Shown: piece by piece, positions 52,442-64,000 of the stretch
Position numbering within the stretch: position 1 is the stretch's first letter
Layout of the letters: the number at the start of each line of letters is the position of its first letter
Assembly: GCF_018350175.1 (NCBI RefSeq)
Contig: NC_058368.1
Location: forward strand, 126,172,001-126,236,000
Reading direction: 5' to 3'
From: Felis catus
Taxonomy: Eukaryota
DNA length: 64,000 nucleotides
Notes under the pieces: generated by a model
What the model was told of the DNA's origin: nothing
Seen by the model: only the letters and a program-made list of their open reading frames with translations
Database searches by the model: none
Program-made: the position numbers and the translations under genes

Positions 52442-53576
52442 TATGTATATAGTTTCCAAGGAAGAAACTGAGGATCAGAGAGATGAGAAGACTTGAATAA
52501 GATTCAGTTGTAGGTGGTGGGGAGCCAAGCTTAAAATTCAGATCTCTTGACTGCTTACAGTTGTTATTTTAGTCCAGAATTTGCCAATTTGTATTCTATC
52601 ATATATGAGTTTTGTAGAATTACAGATGTCATCCTTAAAAAAAAATGTTTTCACTGGTCAAATAACAAACTCAAATAGTTTTATTACTGAACTTAAAAGG
52701 GCTTTAAATATCCTAAGAGGCACTATTACCATCCAACAGAGGTATATGGTATATATAACTTTCTTTACTTGTTTGACCACAGATCCATTTTATTTTCTCC
52801 CAAAGAGCTTGTCATGGGTCAATATTCCATGTAACATATGGCAAAAACTATTGTAGACCATCAATAATGATATTACCAACAACTAACATTTTATAGCTTT
52901 TATGGTTTGAATGGAACTTTCATATTATGTTATTTTGGTTAATCACTTAAAATACTACATATAAATATCTAGTTTTGTTTACTGCTAGCACAAAGTTATG
53001 AACTCGTGCCAAGTTTGTGTTTTTCTGTGGCAATGCAGATCTTAGAAGAATCCATTAGTGGAGCAATCATTCTATGATTGCACAGTAATAAAGAAACATC
53101 AATGACTAAATTTCATACTCAATCAAGGCAAATGCCATCACTGTTCAAGACCATTGCTTATTAATTAAAAATAAAAATCTAAATCTATAAAAACATACTT
53201 TTTTGAGAAAAAATGGTCAGACATGTGTGTGGGTAAACAAAACTAGGCAATGCACATGCCAGAGATATATTGGGTGCCTACCATCCGGAAGACACTGCCA
53301 TGTATTATGGGAAATACAAACCTAGAAAATAGACCACACAGTGCCTGGAACATGGATTCTCAAGGGATATGTAGTGGATGAATGTCTATAGAAAACAAAA
53401 ATGCCTTTCAATGAACATTCTTTCTAGAAGGAAAAGACAAGCAGTAGATAGAATATAAAGAAAAAGTAAATAAGTGCTGAGTAGAGTCAAAAAGCATCAC
53501 AGTAGAAGAGAAAAAGGGTATTAGTAAGAGCTAAAGTGACTAATATTTATGGAATGTTTGTGATTGTCCCAAGAGT

Positions 53577-53894
53577 ACACTGTTCAGTATCCTCACTACA
53601 AATGACTATTGAGCATTTGAAATGTAGTCTATCTAATTTGAAAAGTGCTTTAAATGTAAAATGCCTACCAGATTTCAAAAAGTTAGTATGAAAAAAATAA
53701 TATAAAATATTTCATTAATAAATTTTATATTGATTACATGTTAAATTGACAATGTTTTAGGTACATTGGATTAAAGAAAATATTATTAAAGGTATTTTAA
53801 CTGTTTCTTCATACCCTTTAAGTTGAACTAAAAGAAACCTCAAAATCATTGATGTGGCCTACATTTGTGACCAGCTATTTTTATTGGACAGGGT
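53577..53894. mobile_element. MER33/MER3-like hAT-Charlie element
   Basis: 'ctattgagcatttgaaatgt', 'tttatattgattacatgttaaattgacaatgttttag', terminal 'ttattggacag'. Confidence 0.75.
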
Positions 53895-55379
53895 TATGAA
53901 TCTAAGATGCTTTGCACATGCTATCTCATTTAATTTTCCAAACCATCCTAAGAAGTCAGAACTGTATTTGATACAAAGTATATATTAAAGAAACTGTCTA
54001 GAATTATCCCAGTGAGTAAAGAGCACACTCCATAGCTGATGCTGTGGGAAACTGAGGAAGGCTGCTGGATGGATGATAATGATGGCTCAGTCACTAGGTA
54101 GTGTCAGCTAAGTATCTTCCCTCAGCTAAAACTGCATGAATGTGAAAGTGTCAATTCTAATCTCAGTAGTTTTTGCAAATTGGGTGGTGAGGATTTCTAA
54201 GTGAAAGAGTAAAGGAATGTTATTGGGTGTTATTTGAGAAACTAAGCTTGTATCTTCTTTGTATCTTCTCAGGTGTATCTATTGTCATTTCCATCAGAGT
54301 GCCTTTGGAAGACTACATAACCAACAGTTCCCATTTCACCACAATTTCTAGTAAGACAGCATGACTGACTGTGGCTCAATGTTCTGTTTCGTAATGGGTA
54401 AGGACAGACAGGGTGCTTCTTGGGCTTTCACCTTTTGGAAGCCACTAAACTGAAGCAAATTTGGATTTCCCACAAAGAGGAAGTCTTATTATAAGTTCCA
54501 TCATACATTTGTCGCCAGGTGATGTGCAAATATCAGTGCAAAAGGCCCATGACAGCAACTCATAGAGCTTTGATGTGAAGTCACTCACACTTAGGGCCTG
54601 CTGGCGTTGTCTAATTATGTGATACACATACTTAGGAAATGTCAAGAAGGTCTGAACTCCTATAGTATCTACCTCAATGGAATGCTTGTAAATCAGAGTC
54701 TAGAAAAAAGGCTTCAGCGTGGGCAGTGCAAAAACTTGGCCTATTTCCATTCCCTGTGCATGAAAAGAGGGAAATAATATTTTTTTCTGGATTAGTACAA
54801 TATCAGTTATATAAGATCATTCATGTGAAATGTTTCCAGTACTGTTTTGTTGCTGGAAGTCAGCACCAGGCTGATTTATCTGAGCAGCAGAGTCTGAGCT
54901 ATACCTCAAAGGTCTGGGCTGTCTTCTGAAAACAATGGGGAAAAGATTTTCTGCAGCACTTTCCAAAGCCTCTGAGGATGGGGCAAGCCCTCCATTCATC
55001 TTAGGCAAAAAGAGAAATAGGGAATGAAAATTTCTCCTGGTAATGGCTTCAGTGGATAAGGAGAACATATTTAATATAACTTTAAAAATTTATGTGACTA
55101 GGCAGTGTTAGAATTGATCTGTACAACTGTGATATAGATCTCACATGTTCTACATTTCAGAGTCTAAAATGACTTCCAAGTGACCCCTAGGAAGGTCCAT
55201 ATGAAAGTGGATAATTTACAAAAAATGATCCACTTGAAAGAAACCCTTACATATAGTTCTTAATTCCTAATCTTCAGCAAATCAAAAATTAAAAGAAGGC
55301 TACTTGTGCTTTATATTTTTTTATATAGATTCACCTTAGGTTTCTTCTGAATGGTAAGCTTTCTCAGAAACTTGATTTA

Positions 55380-55610
55380 GGGGCACCTGCGTGGCTCAGT
55401 TGGTTGAGTGTCCAACTTCACCTCAGGTCATGACCTTAGGCTTGTGAATTCGAGCCCCGGGCTCTGTGCTAACAGCTCAGAGCCTGGAACCTGCTTAGGC
55501 TTCTGTGACTCCCTCTCTCTTTGCCCCTCCCTCGATCATACTCTGTCTCTCTCTCTCTTTCTCTCTCTAAAATAAACATTGAAAAAAAATTTTTTAATAA
55601 ATAAAATAAA
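55380..55610 (+). mobile_element. Can-SINE (SINEC_Fc type)
   Basis: ggggcacctgcgtggctcag...; TSD aaa(c/t)ttgattta. Confidence 0.92.
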
Positions 55611-55759
55611 ATTTGATTTAAATCTACAGGTATTTGGAAAGTAAATAATAGCCAAATTAAGGTGAACCTCATAGGAAGGAAAATTATAGAGACCATCTCC
55701 TCCACATATTTATGATCAGCAACAACAAGAAACTTATTTGAGAACGTTCTTTCATGATA

Positions 55760-56320
55760 ATGAACTAAAGCAATCTGGTCAACATTGTGATTTTTGACCC
55801 TGAAATTTAACATCTGGGAATTTTTCCTAGAGATATATTGGGAAAGAGTGAAATAGCATATGTTTAAAGATATTTACTGCAACACTGTATATAATAGCAA
55901 AAGTTGGGAAAATATTCTAAGTGACTACCAAAAGGTACCTAGTAAAAAGAAATCATTATATAACTATAAAATAGGCTGTTATGTAAGCATGTTAAAAAAG
56001 AGAAAGCTTAATATGTACAAAATTGTATTATGTTCCTAATAGGTATTAATTTTTTTTTATACAGCAAATAGCAGAACAATGCTTAAAGTACACGACATTT
56101 TGCAATTAATATGTATACTTGTGTAAGTGCAGCTCATCCACAGGGAGATTCTTGACCTAACAAACAGGTCAGTTAGACACAGTGTCTGTGTGCCAGGTGA
56201 ATTGCACGGTGGCTGGAGGTGGGGGTGGGGTACTTACTTTCTCTCCAAATCATCTGTGCCATTTGAACTTTATAATGTGCACTTGCATTACCTACTCAAC
56301 AATGTAAATAGTGTTTTAAT
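55760..56320 (+). mobile_element. Old L1ME-like 3' end
   Basis: 'tttttgaccctgaaatttaacatctgggaattttt', 'gatatttactgcaacactgtatataatagcaaaa', 'tgtgccatttgaactt'. Confidence 0.55.
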
Positions 56321-57650
56321 TGGGGGGTGGGGTTACAGATTTGTGCTTTAAGGAGAGAGATGGCGGGAGAAAGAAACAAAGGAAACATCTCTTAACAAAT
56401 GAACCAACAAAGTACTCTTTTGTAAGCAACGTAAGTTTCAGGAAAGGAAAGACCGTCTTATTTTGACCGGTGCAATTACCGATAAAGTGTGCCAAGCATG
56501 GGAGTGCTTAAGAAACACTGCTTGGTGATAAATGTTCAGTTGAAGGTACAGGGGAAAAAAGATACATGTCCAGTTGAACAGATTCTCTCTGTTGTCTATA
56601 TTGCATCACATATTCTGGGCAGAACCGTCTACAAGGAAATCCCTCTAATGGAGCAAACATTAGTTTGGAACACATGCAGGAAATGGGTGTGATAAATCAG
56701 TAAGGCAAAGGGAACATAATGGATGCTGGAAGCAGCTAGAGGAAGGCAGGAGGATATCAAAGTGTTCAAAGAAGAACCAGAAAAACAAGACTGTTTAGAT
56801 GACATCAGTGAGAAGAAAATAAAACTTGGGACACACCAGCAAAAGAAGCTCAAAGATGATTTGATAGCTCATCAGTGCAATGAATAGAATAGCAAACTAT
56901 CCATATTTATTTGCTGGAAGAGCTGCTAGTATGGCCCACAGGGGACATTGTGGTAAAGAGCAAATGCTTCCTTCCATACAAACTTTGGCTTTTAATCTCT
57001 TGGTTGAAAAGTATTTACTGAGCACCTGCTTTGCAAGGTGCTGTGGATGATTCACAGATACAGAGATAAAGGTCTGCCATCTGGGAGCATACAGTCTACT
57101 CTAAAATGAAGACCTTCAGATCAGATGAAAACCTAAATTCAACATTATGTTTTTTAAATATTAAGGGCTTCTCTCTAGAATGCTTCTCTCAGGCTCTACA
57201 CCTGCAAAGATTTCTGCTAAACGGTGCTTTCAGTTCCTTCGATGCACTCTTCTGAGACATAACCAGTGATGTATCTGTGCTAAGAGTCTATGTGTTCATA
57301 AAGGTTCAGTCTACTTTTCTCCATTGTTCAAACAGTTTGGTCTTTATACCTAAAGTATCTTAGAGTTTAGAGTCAATAATATCTCAGAGGATCTTGGATC
57401 TTGAAAAAGTTATGCTGAGAAAAAGTTTCTGTTTTAAGATATCCAAAACTGCTGAGTCAAAATAACTTTCCTTAAACCTAATCAAAATTCTTCCTGCTGC
57501 AATTCTGACGCATTTTCTTTGGCCTCAACATAATTTAGCTTATCCTCTCATCAAAAATATTCTTAACACAAATAAAATCAAACTCTTCATCTAAACAAAA
57601 CAAAGAGTGTTGATTCCCCAAACATTTACCTATTATATGTGGGACTTTAG

Positions 57651-58087
57651 TAGGGTTGCAAGATTAAATGGAGGATATCCAGTTAAATTTGAATTTCAGA
57701 GAAACAATAATGAAGTGTTTTTAGTGTAAGTTTATCCCAAATACTGCATTAAACATACATATACTGGGGCGCCTGGGTGGCGCAGTCGGTTAAGCGTCCG
57801 ACTTCAGCCAGGTCACGATCTTGCGGTCTGTGAGTTCGAGCCCTGCATCTGGCTCTGGGCTGATGGCTCGGAGCCTGGAGCCTGTTTCCGATTCTGTGTC
57901 TCCCTCTCTCTCTGCCCCTCCCCCGTTCATGCTCTGTCTCTCTCTGTCCCAAAAATAAATAAACGTTGAAAAAAAAATTAAAAAAAAATAAACATACATA
58001 TACTAAAAAAAGTATTTATTGTTTCTCTGAAATTCAAATTTAACTGGGTAATCCTATATTTTTATTTGCTAAATATGACAACCTTAC
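57651..58087. mobile_element. MER53 palindromic MITE interrupted by a SINE
   Basis: tagggttgc...ccagttaaatttgaatttcagagaaacaata / tattgtttctctgaaattcaaatttaactgg...caacctta form inverted arms. Confidence 0.88.
57766..57989 (+). mobile_element. Very young SINEC_Fc
   Basis: CpG-rich, consensus-like sequence; perfect 15-bp TSD aaacatacatatact (57751-57765, 57990-58004). Confidence 0.96.
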
Positions 58088-59287
58088 ATTTGAGAAATAA
58101 CATTAAAAAGAAACATTGTTTATAAAATGGAACACCTGAGTGTTACTTAATAGATAGCACATTAAGATTTTAAAATTGGCTTTTAGCAGTTTACCAAGTC
58201 CAAGATGAAGATGACAATTTCTGGAATGTACAGAGCTTCTCCACTTATTTAGCTAGAGTCAAGAGACAAGGGTACTCTCTGGGTGGAAAAGTTAGTGTAA
58301 GTGATTGACTGTTAAGAGACTTTCAAAACAATTCATGACTTTATTTTCTTTTTTTAGCACACAGGGTGGTGGGTGTTGATATCAGAGAGTATTGTTCCAT
58401 GTGTTACTGGTGGCTTAACTTAGAAGGAAACTCTTACCAGATACATAGTGACTCATTTGGACCTGAGAGGTGATCCCAGGATACTTGTAGGTGTCCTATT
58501 CCAGACTACCAAAAGACTTCTTTCTGGAGGTATGTGAGATGAACAGCGCAAAAAAATTACTCTTAAATGTGGAAAGTTGACAGTGACATAAAATATGAAT
58601 TACACTCTAAGTGATACCCACAGAAAGTAGAAAATAGAGATTAGTGACTAATACCCCTTTAAAAACACATGTAAGAAGAAGACAGGGGCAAATACAAACC
58701 ATAAGAAAATAATTGCAAAGAATTTTAGGGGATTTAAGTGTAAGTAGATGGTAGAATCAAGTGTCTCAAAATAAAGTTTTGAATAAAAAACATGAGTACC
58801 CTTGTGCAGTGAGGTAACACAGATTTTAAAAGACAGCAGATGTTGATTTGCCATTTTCATTCAGCATTCATTCATTCACTCATTCAAAAGGTGTTTATTA
58901 TGATGTATAGAAAGAATGTCAAATCTTTACTGTAAATGTTAAAATAAGTTTGTATCACCCTACCATATGGTTAGCAACAGATTTACTTTTTTTAACCGAA
59001 TATGGACCCAATGTGACAGTTTTCCTACCTACCAGGTGTTTACTATTGGGATTCTAATTTGAACTAGATCATTTTAAAACTAAAACCTCCCAAATAGTCC
59101 TAAAGACTACAGGATAAAATTGAAAAAAAATATATACAGGATTACAAACATGGAATAGTACTTGGGTATCCTTTTCTTATGTCTTTTTAACCGAGTTGAC
59201 AACTAATGAAACACATGCTTAAAAGATTCACAAGATAATTTGCATGACATGATCAGGGCTGCTCTAGGTCAAATTGTAAAGTGTCTT

Positions 59288-59488
59288 GGACACCTGGGTG
59301 GTTCAGTTGGTTAAGTGTCTGACTCTTGATTTTGGTTCAGATCATGATCTCACAGTTCATTAGTTTAAACCCCTCATGGGGCTCTGTGGTGACAGTGCAG
59401 AGCCTGCTTGGGATTCTCTCTTTCCCTCGTTGTCTGCCCATCCTCTGCTCTCTTGCTCTCTCTTTTTAAAGATAAATAAACATTTAAA
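59288..59488 (+). mobile_element. Can-SINE
   Basis: ggacacctgggtggttcag...gagcctgcttgggattctc...ataaataaacattt. Confidence 0.9.
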
Positions 59489-59607
59489 AGGATGTTTATT
59501 GAACATCTATTATGTGCCACACACTTTTCCAGGTCCTTGGGATACAGGTGTAAATGAGATCTATTCAATTCCTGATCTATGTTCCTTACAGTGTGTTTGG
59601 AAAACTT

Positions 59608-59704
59608 AAAAATAAAATAAAATAAAATAAAATAAAATAAAATAAAATAAAATAAAATAAAATAAAATAAAATAAAATAAAATAAAATAATAAAATAAAA
59701 TAAA
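59608..59704. repeat. (TAAAA)n pentanucleotide array
   Basis: Seen directly. Confidence 0.95.
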
Positions 59705-60912
59705 TCATGGTTTCCCACTCTGGAATGTAAGGAGCCTGGAAGTCATCATTCCCTTTTAACAATGAGAAAAAATTCGAATAAACTGAAAAATCAACAAATC
59801 TTTTTACACCCATCAGAGAAGGATGGTCACAGACCAAACTGCTGTCCACAAAATTGGAAAGTCAGGTGAATAAAAATAATTACAACTTCCTGGAGCAGAA
59901 ACCCATGAGTAGAAACCTCCACTGGAAACCAATACTAGGATAGAAAAAACAAAACTATAATTGATGAATAGCTGAAGGCTCAATGTGGACAATTCTGAGA
60001 GTTAAAAACTCTAGTAGAACCCCATAACCTTACTCATAGAGGAGCAAAGATAAAAATTAAATCTGACTTCTCCTCAGAAGCCATGCAAGCAAGAATAAGT
60101 AGAATGAATTATTTAAGGTGTTGGGAGAAAATAAAAGCACACCAATGTAGAATTCTGTGTCCTGTGAAATCACCACTCAAAAGTGAAGGGAAAATACAGA
60201 CTTTGTCTGACAAACAAAAAAATTGAGGTAATTTGTTGCCAGTAGACCTGTCTTGCAAGAAATAATAAAAGAATTTCTTCAGAGAAAAGGGAAATGACAT
60301 AGGTCATAAACTCAGAACTACATAAAGTAAGGAAAAACATCAAAAAAAGAAGTGAAAGTAAAATAAAACTTTTATTTTACTTATTCTTAGTTGAACTAAT
60401 ATAACAGTTTTTTAAACAATTAATAACAATGTGTTCAATTAGGTATGCTTACTTGTATATATATGTGCTTATTTATGTATATGCAAAATGAATGACAGCA
60501 ATGATACAAGGGACAGGAAGGAGGAATTAGGGTTATTTTGTTATAATCATGTAGTTGCACTATCCATGAAGTGGTATAGTGTACTTTGAAAGTTGACTTG
60601 GATTAGTTGTGAATATATATTGAAACTCTAGGGCACTAAAAAAATAATAAAAAGAAATATAGCTGTTTTATTCACATAAGAAACCGGCATCATAAAATGC
60701 TCAGTTAAAATCACAAAGGCAGAAGAATGGAAGACAAAACTTGGAAAAAAGAACAGAATAACAAATAGAAAACAGTAACAAATATGTTAACTATTCATCC
60801 AATCAATAATCACCTTAAACATCAGTGGTCTAAATACACTGCTTAAAAGATAGATACTGTAAGAGTGGATCAAAAACCATACCCACCTGTATGTTGTCTG
60901 CAAGAAGCCCTC

Positions 60913-61134
60913 TTTAAAAAAATTTTTTTAAACATTTATTTATTTTTTGAGATACAGAGACAGAGCATGAGCGGGGAGGGGACAGAGAGAGAGAGGGAGT
61001 CACAGATTCTGAAGCAGGATCCAGGTTCTGAGCTGTCAGCACAAAGTCCAACGTGGGGCTCGAACTCACAAACCGTGAGATCATGACCTGAGCCAAAGTC
61101 AGACTCTTAACTGACTGAGCCACCCAGGCGCCTC
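60913..61134 (-). mobile_element. Can-SINE (SINEC_Fc type)
   Basis: TSD caagaagccctcttt at 60901-60915 and 61136-61150. Confidence 0.94.
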
Positions 61135-61189
61135 TCAAGAAGCCCTCTTTAAATATAAAGACAAATATAGATTAAAATTATGGATGGAT

Positions 61190-61220
61190 GGACAACTGAC
61201 GAATGGATAAAGATGATGTG

Positions 61221-61273
<53 letters not shown>

Positions 61274-61750
61274 GTATATATATATATATGGTATATATAT
61301 GGTATATATATATATGGTATATATATGGTATATATATATGGATATATATATATATATAAAATGATAGGCAAAAGAATGCAATCTTGCCATTTGCAACAAT
61401 GTGGTGGAACTGGAGGGTATTATGCTAAGTGAAATAAGTCAGAGAAAGAGAGATATATTATTTCACTCATATGTGGAATTTGAGATACTTAACAAATGAT
61501 CATAAGGGAAGGGTAGTAAAAATAAGATAAAAACAGAGGAAGGCAAACCATAACAGAGTCTTAAATACAGAGATTAAACTGAGGGTTGATGGTGGGGTGC
61601 TGGGTGGGGAGTTGGGCTAAAACAGCAATGGGCATTAAGGAAGGCACTTGTTGGGATGAATACAGGGTGTTATATGTAAGTGATGAAGACTACACTGTAT
61701 GGTAGCTAATTTGAGAATAAATTAAAAAATGAAAAGATAAAATAATTTTT
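61190..61750 (+). mobile_element. Carnivore L1 3' end nested in the older L1, with an expanded (TA)/(TG) tract
   Basis: 'gaatggataaagatgatgtg', 'atcttgccatttgcaacaa', 'ggagggtattatgctaagtgaaataagtcag', 'gggcattaaggaaggcacttgttgggatga'. Confidence 0.85.
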
Positions 61751-62371
61751 AAAAAGTAAATGGATGAAGTGAGATATACCAATATCATGTTAACACTAAT
61801 CAAAATAAAGCAGGAGTAGCTATGTTAATTTCACACAGAGCAGACTTCAGAGCAAGGGAAGTTATCAGGGATAAAGAGAGGCATTACCTGATGATAAAGG
61901 GTTCAGTTTTCTGAGAAAACATAATAATTCTCGATGTGTCTATACCTAAAAACAAACACATCAGCAGGTATCAAAATATGTTGGATAAAAGCTCATAGAA
62001 TTGCAAGAAAAAATAGATGAATCCACTACCATAGTTGGATACTTTAAGACCCCTCTATCAAAAATGGACAGATCTAGGAGACAGAAAGTCAGTGAACACA
62101 CTGTTGAACTCAACACTACCACATGTAAACTAGATATAGTTGACATATATTGATTATTTCACATAACAACATCAGAAAACACATTCTCAAGCTCACATGA
62201 AACTTTGATTAAGATAGATCACTACTGGGGTCATAAGATAGACCTTGACAAGTTTAAAAGACTAGAAATCATATAATATCTGCTTTCAGATTAATTATAG
62301 TGTAATTAAGTTAGATCAATAACAGAAAACTAGAAAATCTCAAAATACTTGGAGATTAAACAATATACTTT

Positions 62372-62730
62372 TATTTTTTTAATTTTATTTTTCATTTTTT
62401 AAAGTTTACATCAAAATTAGTTAGCATATAGTGCAACAATGACTTCAGGAGTAGATTCTTTAGTGCCCTTACCCATTTAGCCCATCCCCCCTCCCACAAC
62501 CCCACCAGTAACCCTCAGTTTGTTCTCCGTATTTATAAGTCTCTTCTGTTTTATCCCCCTCCATGTTTTTATATTATTTTTTGTTTCCTTTCCCTTATGT
62601 TCATCTGTTTTGTCTCTTAAAGTCCTCATATGAGTGAAGTCATATGGTTTTTGTCTTTCTCTGACTAATTTCATTTAGCATAACACCCTCCAGTTCCATC
62701 CATGTAGTTGAAAATGGCAAGATTTCATTC
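62372..62730 (-). mobile_element. Young felid L1 3' UTR fragment
   Basis: Homologous to 29257-29610 ('gttagcatatagtgcaacaatga...'); TSD tatacttt at both ends. Confidence 0.9.
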
Positions 62731-63674
62731 TATACTTTAACACACAGGTCAAAGGGGAAATCTCAAAAGAAATTTTAAAATATTTTTTGTTAAATTAAAA
62801 TGAATATAACACTTATCAAAATTTGTGAGACACAGCAAAAACAGTGCATGGAGGGAAATTCATAGCAATATATAGAATGCATATTAAGAAAGAAAAAAGA
62901 TGAAAAGCCACTAAACTAAGTTTCCACTGTAGGAAACTAGAGAAAGAAGAGCAAATTAATCCCAAAGCAAGAAGAAGAAAAGAAATAATAAATATTAAAG
63001 TAGATATCAATGAAATTTAAAACAGGAAATCAATAGAGAAAAATCAAAACCAGAAGGTGATTCTTTGAAAAGACCAGTGAAATTGGTAAAGTGCTAGTCA
63101 GGTTAACTAAGAGAAAAAGAGAGAAGATACAAATTACTAATATTAGAAATGAAAGAGAGGCCATCATTATAAATTCCATGAACATTAAAAGAATAAAAAG
63201 AAATATTATGAACATCTCTATGCCCACAAATTTGATAAGCTAGATGAAATGGACCAAGTCCTTAAAAGACATAATATACCAAAATCCACACAAGAAGAAA
63301 TAGACAATTTGAACAAACCTTTATCCATTAAGAAATTGAATCAATAATTAATGATCCTCAAAGAACAGGAAGTAGCAGGCCCAGATTGGTTCACTGGTGA
63401 ATTCTATCAAACATTTAAGGAAGAAATTATTCCAATTCTTTAAATGTTTCCAAAAGAGAGAGGTAGAGGGGGTACTTCTCATGCTGAGGTCTATTACCCT
63501 AATACCCAAACAAGACAAAGACATCACAGGAAAAGAAATCACAGATTTTTCATGAACATAGATGAAAAATCCTCAACACTGTATCCTAGGAAACCAAAAC
63601 CCAACAATGTATAAAAATAATTATCTGTCCCAACCACATGGAATTTATCCCAGGTATGTAAGACTGGTTCAGCA

Positions 63675-64000
63675 TGCCTACATGGCCGCTCTTAAAGGTG
63701 TGTGTGTGTACCTATGTATCTTAGACAAAGGCTCACAAATTCTACTTTATTAAGGAGTGCAATCCATTGGACAGGAATGAGGACAGGGGAATGGCTCAAA
63801 AGGAGAGATTTCTAACAAAAAGATATTATCTAGCTGGTGGAAGCTATGTGTTGCAGATTTCTGGGTCTTTCAGGATTACCCTTTAAAAGGCCTTATAAAT
63901 TGCATCTGAGGACATCCCTCCAGCAGTGCCTGGAACAAGAGATGGGTGAAACCAAGAGGATATGAGGTGAGACATGTCTGATGAAGAATCCTTCTGGTCA
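63675..64000 (-). mobile_element. Probable ERV LTR running off the window
   Basis: L1 similarity stops abruptly at a TG (minus-strand ...GTAGGCA end); AATAAA at 63746-63751 and a TATAA-like motif near 63893 in LTR order. Confidence 0.45.

Larger units (their letters stand above)
59706..63674 (+). mobile_element. L1M(A-like) element: 5' UTR piece, ORF1 C-terminus, ORF2 N-half
   Basis: 'tgacttctcctcagaagccatgcaagcaagaa' (ORF1), 'aaagcaggagtagctatgttaatttc' (EN), 'aggcccagattggttcactggtgaattctatcaaacatttaaggaag' (RT N-term); most of ORF1 appears deleted. Confidence 0.85.

Overview
AT-rich mammalian genomic DNA, almost certainly from a cat-like carnivore (Feliformia/Felidae). About 20 Can-SINEs carry the feliform-type '...cagagcctggagcctgct..gattctgtgtctccc' core, and there are young carnivore L1 3' ends. 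I recognise no host protein-coding exon, so the window looks intergenic or deeply intronic and is mostly repeats (SINEC, old L1M, L2/MIR, MaLR/ERVL LTRs, MER DNA transposons). The main structured elements are: (1) a decayed endogenous betaretrovirus on the minus strand (44963-~50485), with a complete 749-bp 3' LTR, PPT, env, pol and the 3' part of pro, but no gag or 5' LTR; (2) a young L1 insertion carrying an ~390-bp 3' transduction inside one target-site duplication (28831-30326); (3) a complex rearrangement inside an old L1, made of a 43-bp inverted duplication, a foreign GC/CpG-rich ~210-bp insert and an inverted L1 segment (27929-28630). Weaker candidates are a few splice-site-bounded segments on both strands and an NF-kB/TEAD/AP-1 motif cluster near 9.1-9.5 kb. 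Repeat family names come from my recall of consensus sequences, and boundaries without TSDs are approximate. I found no evidence of a wholly new biological system.
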